A stretch of 51,190 bases of DNA from Betaproteobacteria bacterium. Lineage in GTDB: Bacteria; Pseudomonadota; Gammaproteobacteria; Burkholderiales; SG8-39. Under the pieces are notes generated by a model. That model worked only from the letters and a program-made list of their open reading frames with translations. It was not told where the DNA came from and made no database searches. A program made the position numbers and the translations under genes. Below are positions 20,447-29,109 of the stretch, piece after piece. The stretch covers positions 1 to 51,190 of the forward strand of contig JACPRN010000106.1 in the NCBI GenBank assembly GCA_016189945.1, in the 5' to 3' direction. The first letter of the stretch is position 1. Every line of letters starts with the position of its first letter.

Positions 20447-20991
20447 ACCGTTCCGCCATCGCCGATGCCAATCGACAAACGCTCAGGAGGCTGCTCGCTG
20501 TCTCGGCGCTCATGTTCGGCTTCGGTTTCGCCCTGGTGCCGTTCTACGACAAGATCTGCGAGGTGAGCGGGGCGCGGAACGTGTTCAAGCCCGATCAGGC
20601 GCCGCCGGCCAACACCCAGGTGGACCAGTCGCGGCGGGTCACCGTTGAGTTTGACGCCAATACGCAGCGCCTGGCGTGGTCCTTCAGGCCGCTCGAGGCG
20701 CACGTCGCCATACACCCCGGCGCCCTTACCGAGGTGGTCTACGAGATCCGCAACACGCTTGACCGGCCCGTGACCGGCCAGGCAGTCCCCAGCTACGGGC
20801 CGCCGGACGCGCTGCAGTACTTCCGCAAGCTCGAGTGCTTCTGCTTCCGGCAGCAGACCCTTGCCGCGGGCGAGGTCCGGCGCATGCCCGTGGTGTTCGT
20901 GATCGACCCCAAGCTGCCGAAAGAGATCAACACCATCACCTTGTCGTACACGTTTTTCGAAGTGGCCGGTTCGAAGGACACATCCGGATGA
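20443..20991 (+). CDS. ctaG: cytochrome c oxidase assembly protein CtaG/Cox11
   Basis: LVPFYDKICEVSG ... FRKLECFCFRQQTLAAGE (Cox11 CFCF copper motif). ATG at 20443 inside ORF 20323..20991. Confidence 0.9.
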   Translation: MNRSAIADANRQTLRRLLAVSALMFGFGFALVPFYDKICEVSGARNVFKPDQAPPANTQVDQSRRVTVEFDANTQRLAWSFRPLEAHVAIHPGALTEVVYEIRNTLDRPVTGQAVPSYGPPDALQYFRKLECFCFRQQTLAAGEVRRMPVVFVIDPKLPKEINTITLSYTFFEVAGSKDTSG

Positions 20992-21200
20992 TGCGCGGGG
21001 AAAAGCGGTCCAGGGCAGCGTCTGCCCGAGAATTGGTGGCGGCGGTTCTGGCGGCGTTTTTTGGCGTGCGCCGGCACGCGGCCCACGAGGCGCTTCAGTT
21101 CAACCCGGTGCACTTGATCGCAGTGGGGCTCATGGTCGCGGCGCTATTCGTCGTGGGGCTTGTCCTGCTGGTGAAATTCATCGTTATCCGGGCTGCCTAG
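20988..21200 (+). CDS. small membrane protein, DUF2970-type (cox-cluster associated)
   Basis: 70 aa starting at the ATG that overlaps the ctaG stop (ATGA). One TM helix (LIAVGLMVAALFVVGLVLLV). Family name recalled from memory of betaproteobacterial cox clusters. Confidence 0.5.
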   Translation: MMRGEKRSRAASARELVAAVLAAFFGVRRHAAHEALQFNPVHLIAVGLMVAALFVVGLVLLVKFIVIRAA

Positions 21201-21222
21201 CGCGATGGAAGGGAGAAGCGAA

Positions 21223-22071
21223 ATGAATCAGAGCGCACCGAACTATTATCTTCCGCAGCCCACGCGCTGGCCGGTTGTGGGTTCCGTTGCGCTCTTGCTG
21301 ATGGCCGCCGGTGCGGTCATGTGGATGAACGGCGCGGCGGCGGGACCGTGGGTGGTAGCGATCGGCGCGATAGCCCTCGCCACCATGATCTTCCGCTGGT
21401 TCGGGCAGGTCGCCGGCGAGTCCGAGGCCGGCCGCTTCAATCGGCAGGTCGACGCATCCTTCCGCTGGGGAATGAGCTGGTTCATCTTCTCCGAAGTGAT
21501 GTTCTTTGCGGCGTTCTTCGGCGCCCTGTTCTATGTGCGCGTGCTCTCAGTTCCCGATCTGGGCAGCATCGAAAGCAGGCTGCTCTGGCCCGAGTTCAAT
21601 TCAGCCTGGCCGAGCGCCGGTCCGAGCTTCACCGGGCGCTTCACGCCCATGGCCGCGTGGGGAATTCCGGCGATCAATACGCTGCTGCTGCTCAGCTCCG
21701 GGGCGACGGTGACCGTCGCCCACTGGCGCTTGAAGGAGAACCGGCGCGGGCCCCTTTCGCTGTGGCTGTTGCTCACCATCGTCCTCGGCGCCACTTTCCT
21801 TGCGCTGCAGGCCTGGGAATACGGGCATGCCTATTCCGAGCTCAACCTGAAGCTCTCGACCGGCGTCTACGGCGCGACCTTCTTCATGCTGACCGGGTTC
21901 CACGGTTTTCACGTCACCATCGGGGTCATCATGCTCACGGTGATCCTGTTTCGCTGTCTGGCCGGGCACTTCAGGCCCGATCACCATTTTGCATTTGAAG
22001 CGGTGTCGTGGTACTGGCACTTCGTCGACGTCGTCTGGCTGCTGCTGTTCATCTTCGTCTACTGGATTTGA
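21223..22071 (+). CDS. coxC: cytochrome c oxidase subunit III
   Basis: 7-TM protein ending ...FEAVSWYWHFVDVVWLLLFIFVYWI. ATG 21223 is preferred (GGGAGA RBS 7 nt upstream); the alternative ATG is at 21205. Confidence 0.9.
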   Translation: MNQSAPNYYLPQPTRWPVVGSVALLLMAAGAVMWMNGAAAGPWVVAIGAIALATMIFRWFGQVAGESEAGRFNRQVDASFRWGMSWFIFSEVMFFAAFFGALFYVRVLSVPDLGSIESRLLWPEFNSAWPSAGPSFTGRFTPMAAWGIPAINTLLLLSSGATVTVAHWRLKENRRGPLSLWLLLTIVLGATFLALQAWEYGHAYSELNLKLSTGVYGATFFMLTGFHGFHVTIGVIMLTVILFRCLAGHFRPDHHFAFEAVSWYWHFVDVVWLLLFIFVYWI

Positions 22072-22117
22072 AACACGGCCGCACGCACGTGCTTCCGGAG
22101 CGCCGTGAACGGCGCGA

Positions 22118-22315
22118 CTACGTGATTCTGTCCGTGATGAAGCCGAAGTAGTAGCCGGCCATGAGCAGCAGAAAAAGGGTGATCGACAGGCCGACCCTGA
22201 TCGCCAGGGCTTTGGCCATGCGGTTTGACTGGCCGCGGTCGGCAACCAGGTAGTACAGCGCCGAGCCGAGGCTGGCGACGATGAGGGCAATGAATACGAT
22301 GGCGACAATTTTCAC
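22118..22315 (-). CDS. twin transmembrane helix small protein (DUF2909-type)
   Basis: 65 aa with two TM helices and a GTG start. A gene of this type sits at this position in betaproteobacterial cox clusters (from memory). Confidence 0.5.
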   Translation of the reverse strand: MKIVAIVFIALIVASLGSALYYLVADRGQSNRMAKALAIRVGLSITLFLLLMAGYYFGFITDRIT

Positions 22316-22373
22316 GGGAGCGTCAACCTGCGGCGGCCATGATGCAGTTTAGCCGAGCGGTGCCGGGACTGCC

Positions 22374-23084
22374 ATGAATGCGCCGGGCAAGCGCGCGTTT
22401 CGACCGGGAATTTGGCCCAGCATCGCGGCCCTTGCCCTGTTCGCGCTCACGCTGGCGCTCGGGGCGTGGCAGACGCGCCGCGCCGATGAGAAACTCGCCG
22501 TGCAGCAGCGCCAGGACGAGCTCGCGCGCGCCGCGCCGCGCGAGCTGCCGGCCTTGCCCGCGAGCGCGGAGGACTACGCGCACCGGCGCGTCAGCCTGCG
22601 CGGCGAATTCGTGGCCCGGGGCACGCTGCTGCTCGACAACAGGGTGATGCGCGGTACGGTGGGCTATCAGGTCCTCGCGCCGTTTCGGATCAAAGGCGCG
22701 GACCTGCACGTCATCGTCAATCGCGGCTGGGTTGCGGCGGGCGCGCGCCGCGCCGATCTCCCCGCGATTCGCACGCCGCAGGGTGAATCGCGGCTCGAGG
22801 GCATCGCCCTCGTACCCGCCAAGCCCTACGCGCTCGGAGCGGATTCGGAGGCGCGTCCGGTGGTGCAGAACGTGGTTCTCAAACGCATCGGCGAACGCAC
22901 CGGGCTGAAACTTCAGCCCTTCGTGGTGTACCAGACCAGCGACAACGGCGACGGGCTGGTGCGCGCCTGGGAGCGGCCCGACGCCGGGGTCGACACGCAC
23001 CGCGGCTACGCCATGCAGTGGTACCTGCTTGCGGCCCTGACACTGGTGCTTTATGCCGCTTACGGCATCCGGCGCATCCGCTAG
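22374..23084 (+). CDS. SURF1-family cytochrome oxidase biogenesis protein
   Basis: 236 aa with N- and C-terminal TM helices, GTVGYQVLAPF, VIVNRGWV and HRGYAMQWYLLAA motifs. Confidence 0.85.
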   Translation: MNAPGKRAFRPGIWPSIAALALFALTLALGAWQTRRADEKLAVQQRQDELARAAPRELPALPASAEDYAHRRVSLRGEFVARGTLLLDNRVMRGTVGYQVLAPFRIKGADLHVIVNRGWVAAGARRADLPAIRTPQGESRLEGIALVPAKPYALGADSEARPVVQNVVLKRIGERTGLKLQPFVVYQTSDNGDGLVRAWERPDAGVDTHRGYAMQWYLLAALTLVLYAAYGIRRIR

Positions 23085-23655
23085 CGGCCAGCCCGGCGCG
23101 AGCGCCCGATGGGTGCTCGCCGCGCTCGCGCTCGCCTGTGCGGCTCCCCTGATCGGCGCGCATCTGGTGCACGAATCCTGGCCGCCCGAGCGGCGCATGA
23201 ACACCGGCGAGCTGATCGACCCGCTGCCCTTGCCCGAGACGGTACTCTGGCGCCTGGACGGAACACCCTTCCATTTCTCGGAACTTAAGGGCCGCTGGAT
23301 CATGGTGCAGCTCGACGAGGCGCGATGCGCCGAGGCGTGCCGGAAGAAACTCTATCAGATGCGCCAGGTACGGCTCGCTCAAGGCCGGGACATGCATCGC
23401 ATCGAGCGCCTTTGGCTGGTGGCGGACGACGCCCCGGTCGCGGCGCCGCTCATCGGCGAGTTCGCGGGAACGCATGTTCTGCGCGCTCGGGACAGCCGGC
23501 TGCTGGCGCGATTTCCGGCGCAGCGCGACCTGCGCGAGCACATCTACCTGATCGATCCGCTGGGCAACCTGATGCTGCGCTACCCGCGCGATGCCGATCC
23601 GAGCGGGATGAAAAGGGATCTCGCGCGGCTGCTCAAGCTGTCGCGGCTGGGATAG
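23053..23655 (+). CDS. cox-cluster membrane protein with SCO1/SenC-like thioredoxin fold
   Basis: TM helix, then GRWIMVQLDEARCAEACRKK (CxxxC) and EHIYLIDPLGNLMLRY (His plus the SCO-like YLID.G motif). Start is uncertain; ATG 23053 overlaps SURF1 by 32 nt. Confidence 0.45.
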   Translation: MPLTASGASASGQPGASARWVLAALALACAAPLIGAHLVHESWPPERRMNTGELIDPLPLPETVLWRLDGTPFHFSELKGRWIMVQLDEARCAEACRKKLYQMRQVRLAQGRDMHRIERLWLVADDAPVAAPLIGEFAGTHVLRARDSRLLARFPAQRDLREHIYLIDPLGNLMLRYPRDADPSGMKRDLARLLKLSRLG

Positions 23656-23688
23656 CCGGGCCGGAGCGTTGCAGCCGGCGCTGCGCGC

Positions 23689-24540
23689 TCAGGTCGCGCT
23701 CATCGCGTCCTTCATTTTCGCCAGCGCCTTGGCCTCGATCTGGCGGATTCTTTCGGCCGATACCTTGAACTCCTCGGCCAGTTCGTGCAGCGTCGCGCCG
23801 TCTTTCTCGCGCAGCCAGCGCGCCTCGATGATGCGGCGGCTGCGCGAATCCAGCGCCGACAGCGCCGCCTTGAGCCCCTGTGTGCGCAAACCTTCGGACT
23901 CCACCGCCTCCAGCCGCTGGGAGGGTTCGCCGCCCGGGTCAGTCAGGTAGGCGATCGGCGCGTAGTGATCGTCATCGTCCTCGCCATGGGCCTCGAGCGC
24001 GACATCCTGGCCGCCCAGGCGCGTTTCCATCTCGATCACTTCCTTGGGTTTCACCCGCAGCTTCCCGGCGATGGACTTGATCTGCTCGCCCGTCAGCGTG
24101 CCCAGTCCCGGTTTCATGCTGCGCAGATTGAAAAACAGTTTTCTCTGCGCCTTGGTGGTGGCGATCTTCACCAGCCGCCAGTTACGCAGGATGAATTCGT
24201 GGATCTCCGCCTTGATCCAGTGGATGGCGAAGGACACCAGCCGCACGCCGCGGTCCGGGTCGTAGCGCTTGACCGCCTTCATCAGGCCGATGTTGCCTTC
24301 CTGGATCAGGTCCGCGTGCGGCAGGCCGTAGCCCAGATAGCCGCGCGCAATGGCCACGACCACGCGCAGATGCGAGAGCACGAGCTGCCGGGCGGCCTCC
24401 AGATCGTCCTCGTCGCGCAGCCTGCGCGCAAGCCGCACCTCTTCCTCGGCAGAGAGGATCGGGAAGCGGTTGACTTCCTGGATATAGGCGGCAAGGCTTC
24501 CGCCTGCTGACGGTACCGGTAATGCCATCGCCTTCGACAT
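23689..24540 (-). CDS. rpoH: RNA polymerase sigma-32 factor RpoH
   Basis: AYIQEVNRFPILSAEEEVRLARRL, region 2 (DLIQEGNIGLMKAVKRYDP) and the RpoH box (ATTKAQRKLFFNLR). Second ATG (24540) is preferred because AGGAGG lies 9 nt upstream; the ORF opens at 24546. Confidence 0.95.
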   Translation of the reverse strand: MSKAMALPVPSAGGSLAAYIQEVNRFPILSAEEEVRLARRLRDEDDLEAARQLVLSHLRVVVAIARGYLGYGLPHADLIQEGNIGLMKAVKRYDPDRGVRLVSFAIHWIKAEIHEFILRNWRLVKIATTKAQRKLFFNLRSMKPGLGTLTGEQIKSIAGKLRVKPKEVIEMETRLGGQDVALEAHGEDDDDHYAPIAYLTDPGGEPSQRLEAVESEGLRTQGLKAALSALDSRSRRIIEARWLREKDGATLHELAEEFKVSAERIRQIEAKALAKMKDAMSAT

Positions 24541-24699
24541 GCGCATTAACCTCCTGAATTTCTTGGCCGCGAACCCTGAGGGTTTCGCACGACGCTGTAT
24601 ATTAGCACTCGCGACCGTAGAGTGCCAATCGGATTGAAAGTTCCCCGGGACGATCCTGATTCTGCGCTGTAATAACGCAAATACCCGCTGCTTCTTGGT

Positions 24700-25608
24700 C
24701 TATTGAAGGCTGTTTTTCTGCAAGTGTCTGCTCACCGACAAAAACGAGCCAATCCAGCCCAGAGCGGCGGCAAAAGCTGCCACGGCAACCCCGTCGGCCG
24801 CGCCCAGCGGCTCCAGGGCGAGGTTGCCCCCGAACAGTCCCGCGAGGCCGGAAAGATCCCGGTTGAGGACCAGGATCCCGGCATTGACCATCGCCAGGGC
24901 GGCGCCGCCGCCCAGCGCGCCCTGGAGTGCCCCGAGGTAATAGAAAGGCCGCCGAATATAGGCGTCGGTGGCGCCGATCAGCCTGGAAACCTCGATTTCT
25001 TCGCGCTGCGTCAGGATCTGCAGGCGGATGGTATTGAAAGTGACCGCAACCAGGCCGAAGCCCAGCAGCGCGGCGACGAGCGCGACCCCGGTGCGGCCGA
25101 ATCGGAGAGCGCTCTCGACGCGGCGCATCCACATCCAGTCGGCCTGCACGTGCGCGACCTTGGGCATCATCCTGATATCGCGTTCCAGCGCCTGCGCCAG
25201 CGCGGTCTCGGCTTGCCCCAGCGTCACCACAAAGGCGTCCGGGAGAGGATTGTCCTGAAGGGTCGCCACCAGTTCAGCGACGCCGGGTCTCTGTTTCAGG
25301 CTTGCGAGGGCCTGTTCCTTGCCTACGAATTGCACGGCGCGAACCGCGGGGAAGGCGCGCAGCCGTTTTTCCACTTCAGCGGCATCGTTCTTGCCGGCGT
25401 CAGCGGCGAGGAAGACGCTCACCTGCGGATCGGTCGCGATATCGCGCGAGAAGGCCTGAAGGTTGACCAGGAGCACGTAGCCGCCGAGCGGCAGCGCCAG
25501 GGCCACCCCGATCACCGCCACGTTGAGCAAGGAGGCAAGAGGGGTTGCCGCGAGCCGCCGGGCGGTCTGGCTAAAGCCCAGCCAATGGTGGCGAAGCCAG
25601 GCGTTCAC
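24700..25608 (-). CDS. ftsX: cell division ABC transporter permease FtsX
   Basis: 302 aa with 4 TM segments and an FtsX-like periplasmic domain. GTG start overlaps the ftsE stop (GTGA). Confidence 0.85.
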   Translation of the reverse strand: MNAWLRHHWLGFSQTARRLAATPLASLLNVAVIGVALALPLGGYVLLVNLQAFSRDIATDPQVSVFLAADAGKNDAAEVEKRLRAFPAVRAVQFVGKEQALASLKQRPGVAELVATLQDNPLPDAFVVTLGQAETALAQALERDIRMMPKVAHVQADWMWMRRVESALRFGRTGVALVAALLGFGLVAVTFNTIRLQILTQREEIEVSRLIGATDAYIRRPFYYLGALQGALGGGAALAMVNAGILVLNRDLSGLAGLFGGNLALEPLGAADGVAVAAFAAALGWIGSFLSVSRHLQKNSLQ

Positions 25609-26300
25609 GCAGGCGGCCCAACGGTTCCCGGCGAAGCGGCGAGGCGGCCGCGAGCGAGGGCGATCGTGCGCGCTCTGAGCCGCGCGATCGGCCGCTCGTC
25701 ATGCGTGGCGATCAGCGCCGTCACGCCCACCTGGTTGAATGAGTGGACCATATCGACGATCAATTCGGCGTAGGCCGCATCGAGGTTTGCGGTCGGTTCA
25801 TCGGCAAGCAGGATACTGGGACGGTTGACGATCGCCCGCGCAATGCACAGGCGCTGCTGTTCGCCGCCGGAGAGCGTGATCGGGTTGGCGCGCTCGCGTT
25901 CGAGCAGTCCCACCTTGTCGAGGGCCGCGCGCGCGCGCCGCGCGGCATCGCGGTATGCGTGGCCGCTTACCTGCAGCGGCAGGATCACGTTGTCGAATAC
26001 CGATCGGTCGAAAAGCAGCTTTTGATCCTGGAACACCAGGCCGAGATTGCGCCGCAGGAAAGGAATCCCGCCGCTGCGCATCGCCGACACGTTCTGCCCT
26101 CCGACCAGCACCGTGCCCGAATTCGCCCGCTCGATCGCGGCGATCAGCTTGAGCAGGGTGCTCTTGCCCGCGCCCGAAGCGCCGGTCACGAACACCATCT
26201 CCCCGGGCGCGATGGTAAAGCTGATATCGCTCAACGCCTCGTAGCCGCCGGGGTAGCGCTTGCAAACCTGGCTGAAGCTGATGATCGGTGCGGCGCTCAT
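25605..26300 (-). CDS. ftsE: cell division ATP-binding protein FtsE
   Basis: Walker [15 protein letters not shown], signature [14 protein letters not shown], Walker [12 protein letters not shown] overlaps the ftsY stop (ATGA). Confidence 0.95.
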   Translation of the reverse strand: MSAAPIISFSQVCKRYPGGYEALSDISFTIAPGEMVFVTGASGAGKSTLLKLIAAIERANSGTVLVGGQNVSAMRSGGIPFLRRNLGLVFQDQKLLFDRSVFDNVILPLQVSGHAYRDAARRARAALDKVGLLERERANPITLSGGEQQRLCIARAIVNRPSILLADEPTANLDAAYAELIVDMVHSFNQVGVTALIATHDERPIARLRARTIALARGRLAASPGTVGPPA

Positions 26301-27301
26301 CGGTCGAGGAGCGCGGTGACGAAATCCTCGGCTCTGAACGGCCTCAGGTCGTCCACGGCCTCGCCGACGCCGACGAACAGGAGCGGGATCGGCGCTCCGG
26401 GCGAATCGTGCGGGCGCTTTGCGCCGGCGCGCGTCTGGTCGCCAGATCGCGTCCGCTCCGAATGGGATCGCGCGATGGCCGCCACCACGCCCCCCTTGGC
26501 CGTGCCGTCGAGCTTGGTGAGGATGAGGCCCGTGAGTCCGAGCGCGCCGTCGAAAGCGCGCACCTGGTTGAACGAATTCTGGCCGGTATTGGCGTCGAGC
26601 ACCAGCCAGATTTCGTGAGGAGCGCTGGCATCGGTCTTGGCGATGACGCGCTTGATCTTTTGCACCTCCTGCATCAGGTGCAGTTGCGTGGGCAGCCGTC
26701 CCGCGGTGTCGGCAATGACGATGTCGATCACGCGCGCGCGCGCGGCCTGAATGGCATCGAAGATGATCGCCGCCGGATCACCGCCCTGTTGCGAGATTAC
26801 CGGGACATTGTTCCTCTCGCCCCAAGCGACGAGCTGCTCGCGCGCCGCGGCGCGGAAAGTGTCGCCGGCAGCGAGCAGCACCGAGCGTCCCTGCCCCTGG
26901 AAGAAGTGCGCGAGCTTGCCGATCGAGGTCGTTTTGCCGGCGCCGTTGACCCCGGCAACCATGATGATAAAGGGCTTGTGAGCGTTCGTCCGGACGGTCT
27001 TCTCCAGCGGCGTGAGCAGCTCGACCAGGATCGCGTGCAATTGCGACTTGAGGTCGGCCGCGGTTTGCGCACCGGCATCGCGGGCGCGCCGGCGAAGTTC
27101 CGCGAGCAGATACCCGCTTGCATCGACTCCGGCGTCGGCAGCGAGCAGCGCCGCCTCCAGTTCGGAGAAAAGCGCCTCGTCTATCCGGCGGCCGGAAAAA
27201 AGCCCGCCGAGCTGCGAGCGGGTCTTCTGCAGGCCGGACTTGAGCCTCTCGATCCATGAGGGTTTCGCGGCGGAATCGCTTTTCTTGAACAGGCCGAGCA
27301 T
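26297..27301 (-). CDS. ftsY: signal recognition particle receptor FtsY (short A domain; atypical insertion in the G domain)
   Basis: NG domain: [43 protein letters not shown]. Contains an extra ~21 residues ([26 protein letters not shown]) before the PI..F.GVGE segment. Confidence 0.9.
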   Translation of the reverse strand: [334 protein letters not shown]

Positions 27302-27638
27302 GGACAGGCGGTTGGGGGCAGCAAAAACAGGAGCGCAATATTACCAGCTTCGCGCTTTGCGCCGACCGGGCGCGAGGACCATCGCGCGAACGCGAGCGCT
27401 GCGCTTGCCCAGCGTCAGCCCTGCCCGCGCGAATCGTGCGGTACCCCGGGCTGGCATGCGCGCAGCGCACATTCAGTTCGTTGTTTGACCTACATCAACG
27501 TCAACCGGCGCTCCAGCATTGAAAATGACTGTGTAATATAGTGCATTTAGTCAGTCAGAAAATGCACAATAATGCACCTGCCTTCATCCGGTAGCTCGGC
27601 TGAGCGATGCGGAGGGCAGGGCTACCGGAGGAGGGACA

Positions 27639-29087
27639 ATGCGCAGCGCAGTGATCCGGCTTGGATGCGGGAACGAAGCACGACGCGCAACGGCCGGCCC
27701 GCGCGCGCGCTCGGTCGGCGCTTCGCTGTGCGCCTATGCCCTGCTCGGGGTTGCGCTGGCCATCCTGTGCGCGCAAGCGGCAGCCAATCCCGCCGAGCGC
27801 CGGCTGCGCAACGGGCTGCGCATCATCGTGAAGGAGGACCGCCGCGCGCCGACCCTGGTGCAGCAGGTCTGGTATCGCGCCGGGAGCATGGACGAGTCGG
27901 TCGGCACCACGGGCGTCGCCCACGTGCTCGAACACCTGATGTTCAAGGGCACGAGCAGCCTTGCGTCGGGCGAATTCTCGCGCCGGGTGGCTGAAGCCGG
28001 CGGGCGCGAAAACGCCTTCACAGCAACCGACCACACGGTATATTTTCAGCAGATGCACCGCGACAAGCTCGGGCTCGCGATGGCGCTTGAGGCCGACCGC
28101 ATGGCGAACCTCATCGTCGAGGAGAATGAGTTCCCCCCTGAACTCAAGGTGGTGATGGAGGAGCGGCGTTTGCGCACCGACGACCGGCCGCGCTCGCTCC
28201 TGTACGAGCGCTTGATGGCGACCGCATTCACCTCGCACCCCTATCAATGGCCGGTGGTCGGTTGGATGGGTGATCTGCAGAACATGACTTACCGCGACGC
28301 TGCCAACTGGTACCGGCGCTGGTACGCTCCCAACAACGCCGTGGTGGTCATCGTCGGCGATGTCGACGCGCGCGAAGTGTTCCGCCTGGCCGAACGCACC
28401 TACGGGCGGCTGCCGGCGAGGAAGCTGCCGCAGCGCAAGTCGGTGCTGGAGCCGCCGCAGCGCGGCATGCGGCAAGTGACAGTGGAAGCGCCTGCCGCGC
28501 AGGCCTATGTGATGCTGGGATACAAGGTGCCGGTGCTGCGCCGGATCGAGCGCGACTGGGAGCCGCATGCGCTCGCCGTGCTCGCCGCGCTCCTTGACGG
28601 CGGCAATCCTTCGGCACGCCTGAACCAGTCGCTGGTGCGCGAACGGCGAGTGGCCGACCACGCCGCAGCGGGCTACAACGCCTTGGCGCGGGGCCCGGGG
28701 ATGTTTTGCCTGGAGGGCGCTGTTGCGCAGGGCAAGAGCGCGGCGGCGCTCGAGGCGGCGCTGCGCGAGCAGGTGGAGCGGATTGCCGCCGAGGAGCCGA
28801 GCGGCGAGGAGCTTGGAAGGGTGAAAACGAAGCTGGTGGCGCAACGAATCTACCGCCGCGACTCGATTTTTTCCCAGGCCATGGAGATCGGCCTGCTCGA
28901 GTCGGCCGGTCTCACGTGGCGCGACTCCCAGCGCATCATCGACGGCCTCCGCTCGGTCAGCCCCGCTCAGGTGCGCGAGGTCGCCGCCAAACATTTCATC
29001 GAGGACAACCTCACGGTTGCCGTGCTCGATCCGCAGCCGCTCGACGCTCGCCAGTTGCGTGCTGCCGTGCCCGCGCTTCGCCATTGA
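27639..29087 (+). CDS. M16-family zinc peptidase (active subunit, HxxEH)
   Basis: Signal-like N-terminus, inverted zinc motif GVAHVLEHLMFKG, then ENAFT... typical of pitrilysin-family enzymes. Confidence 0.85.
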   Translation: MRSAVIRLGCGNEARRATAGPRARSVGASLCAYALLGVALAILCAQAAANPAERRLRNGLRIIVKEDRRAPTLVQQVWYRAGSMDESVGTTGVAHVLEHLMFKGTSSLASGEFSRRVAEAGGRENAFTATDHTVYFQQMHRDKLGLAMALEADRMANLIVEENEFPPELKVVMEERRLRTDDRPRSLLYERLMATAFTSHPYQWPVVGWMGDLQNMTYRDAANWYRRWYAPNNAVVVIVGDVDAREVFRLAERTYGRLPARKLPQRKSVLEPPQRGMRQVTVEAPAAQAYVMLGYKVPVLRRIERDWEPHALAVLAALLDGGNPSARLNQSLVRERRVADHAAAGYNALARGPGMFCLEGAVAQGKSAAALEAALREQVERIAAEEPSGEELGRVKTKLVAQRIYRRDSIFSQAMEIGLLESAGLTWRDSQRIIDGLRSVSPAQVREVAAKHFIEDNLTVAVLDPQPLDARQLRAAVPALRH

Positions 29088-29109
29088 CGCGGTGCGCGCC
29101 GAAGCAGCG

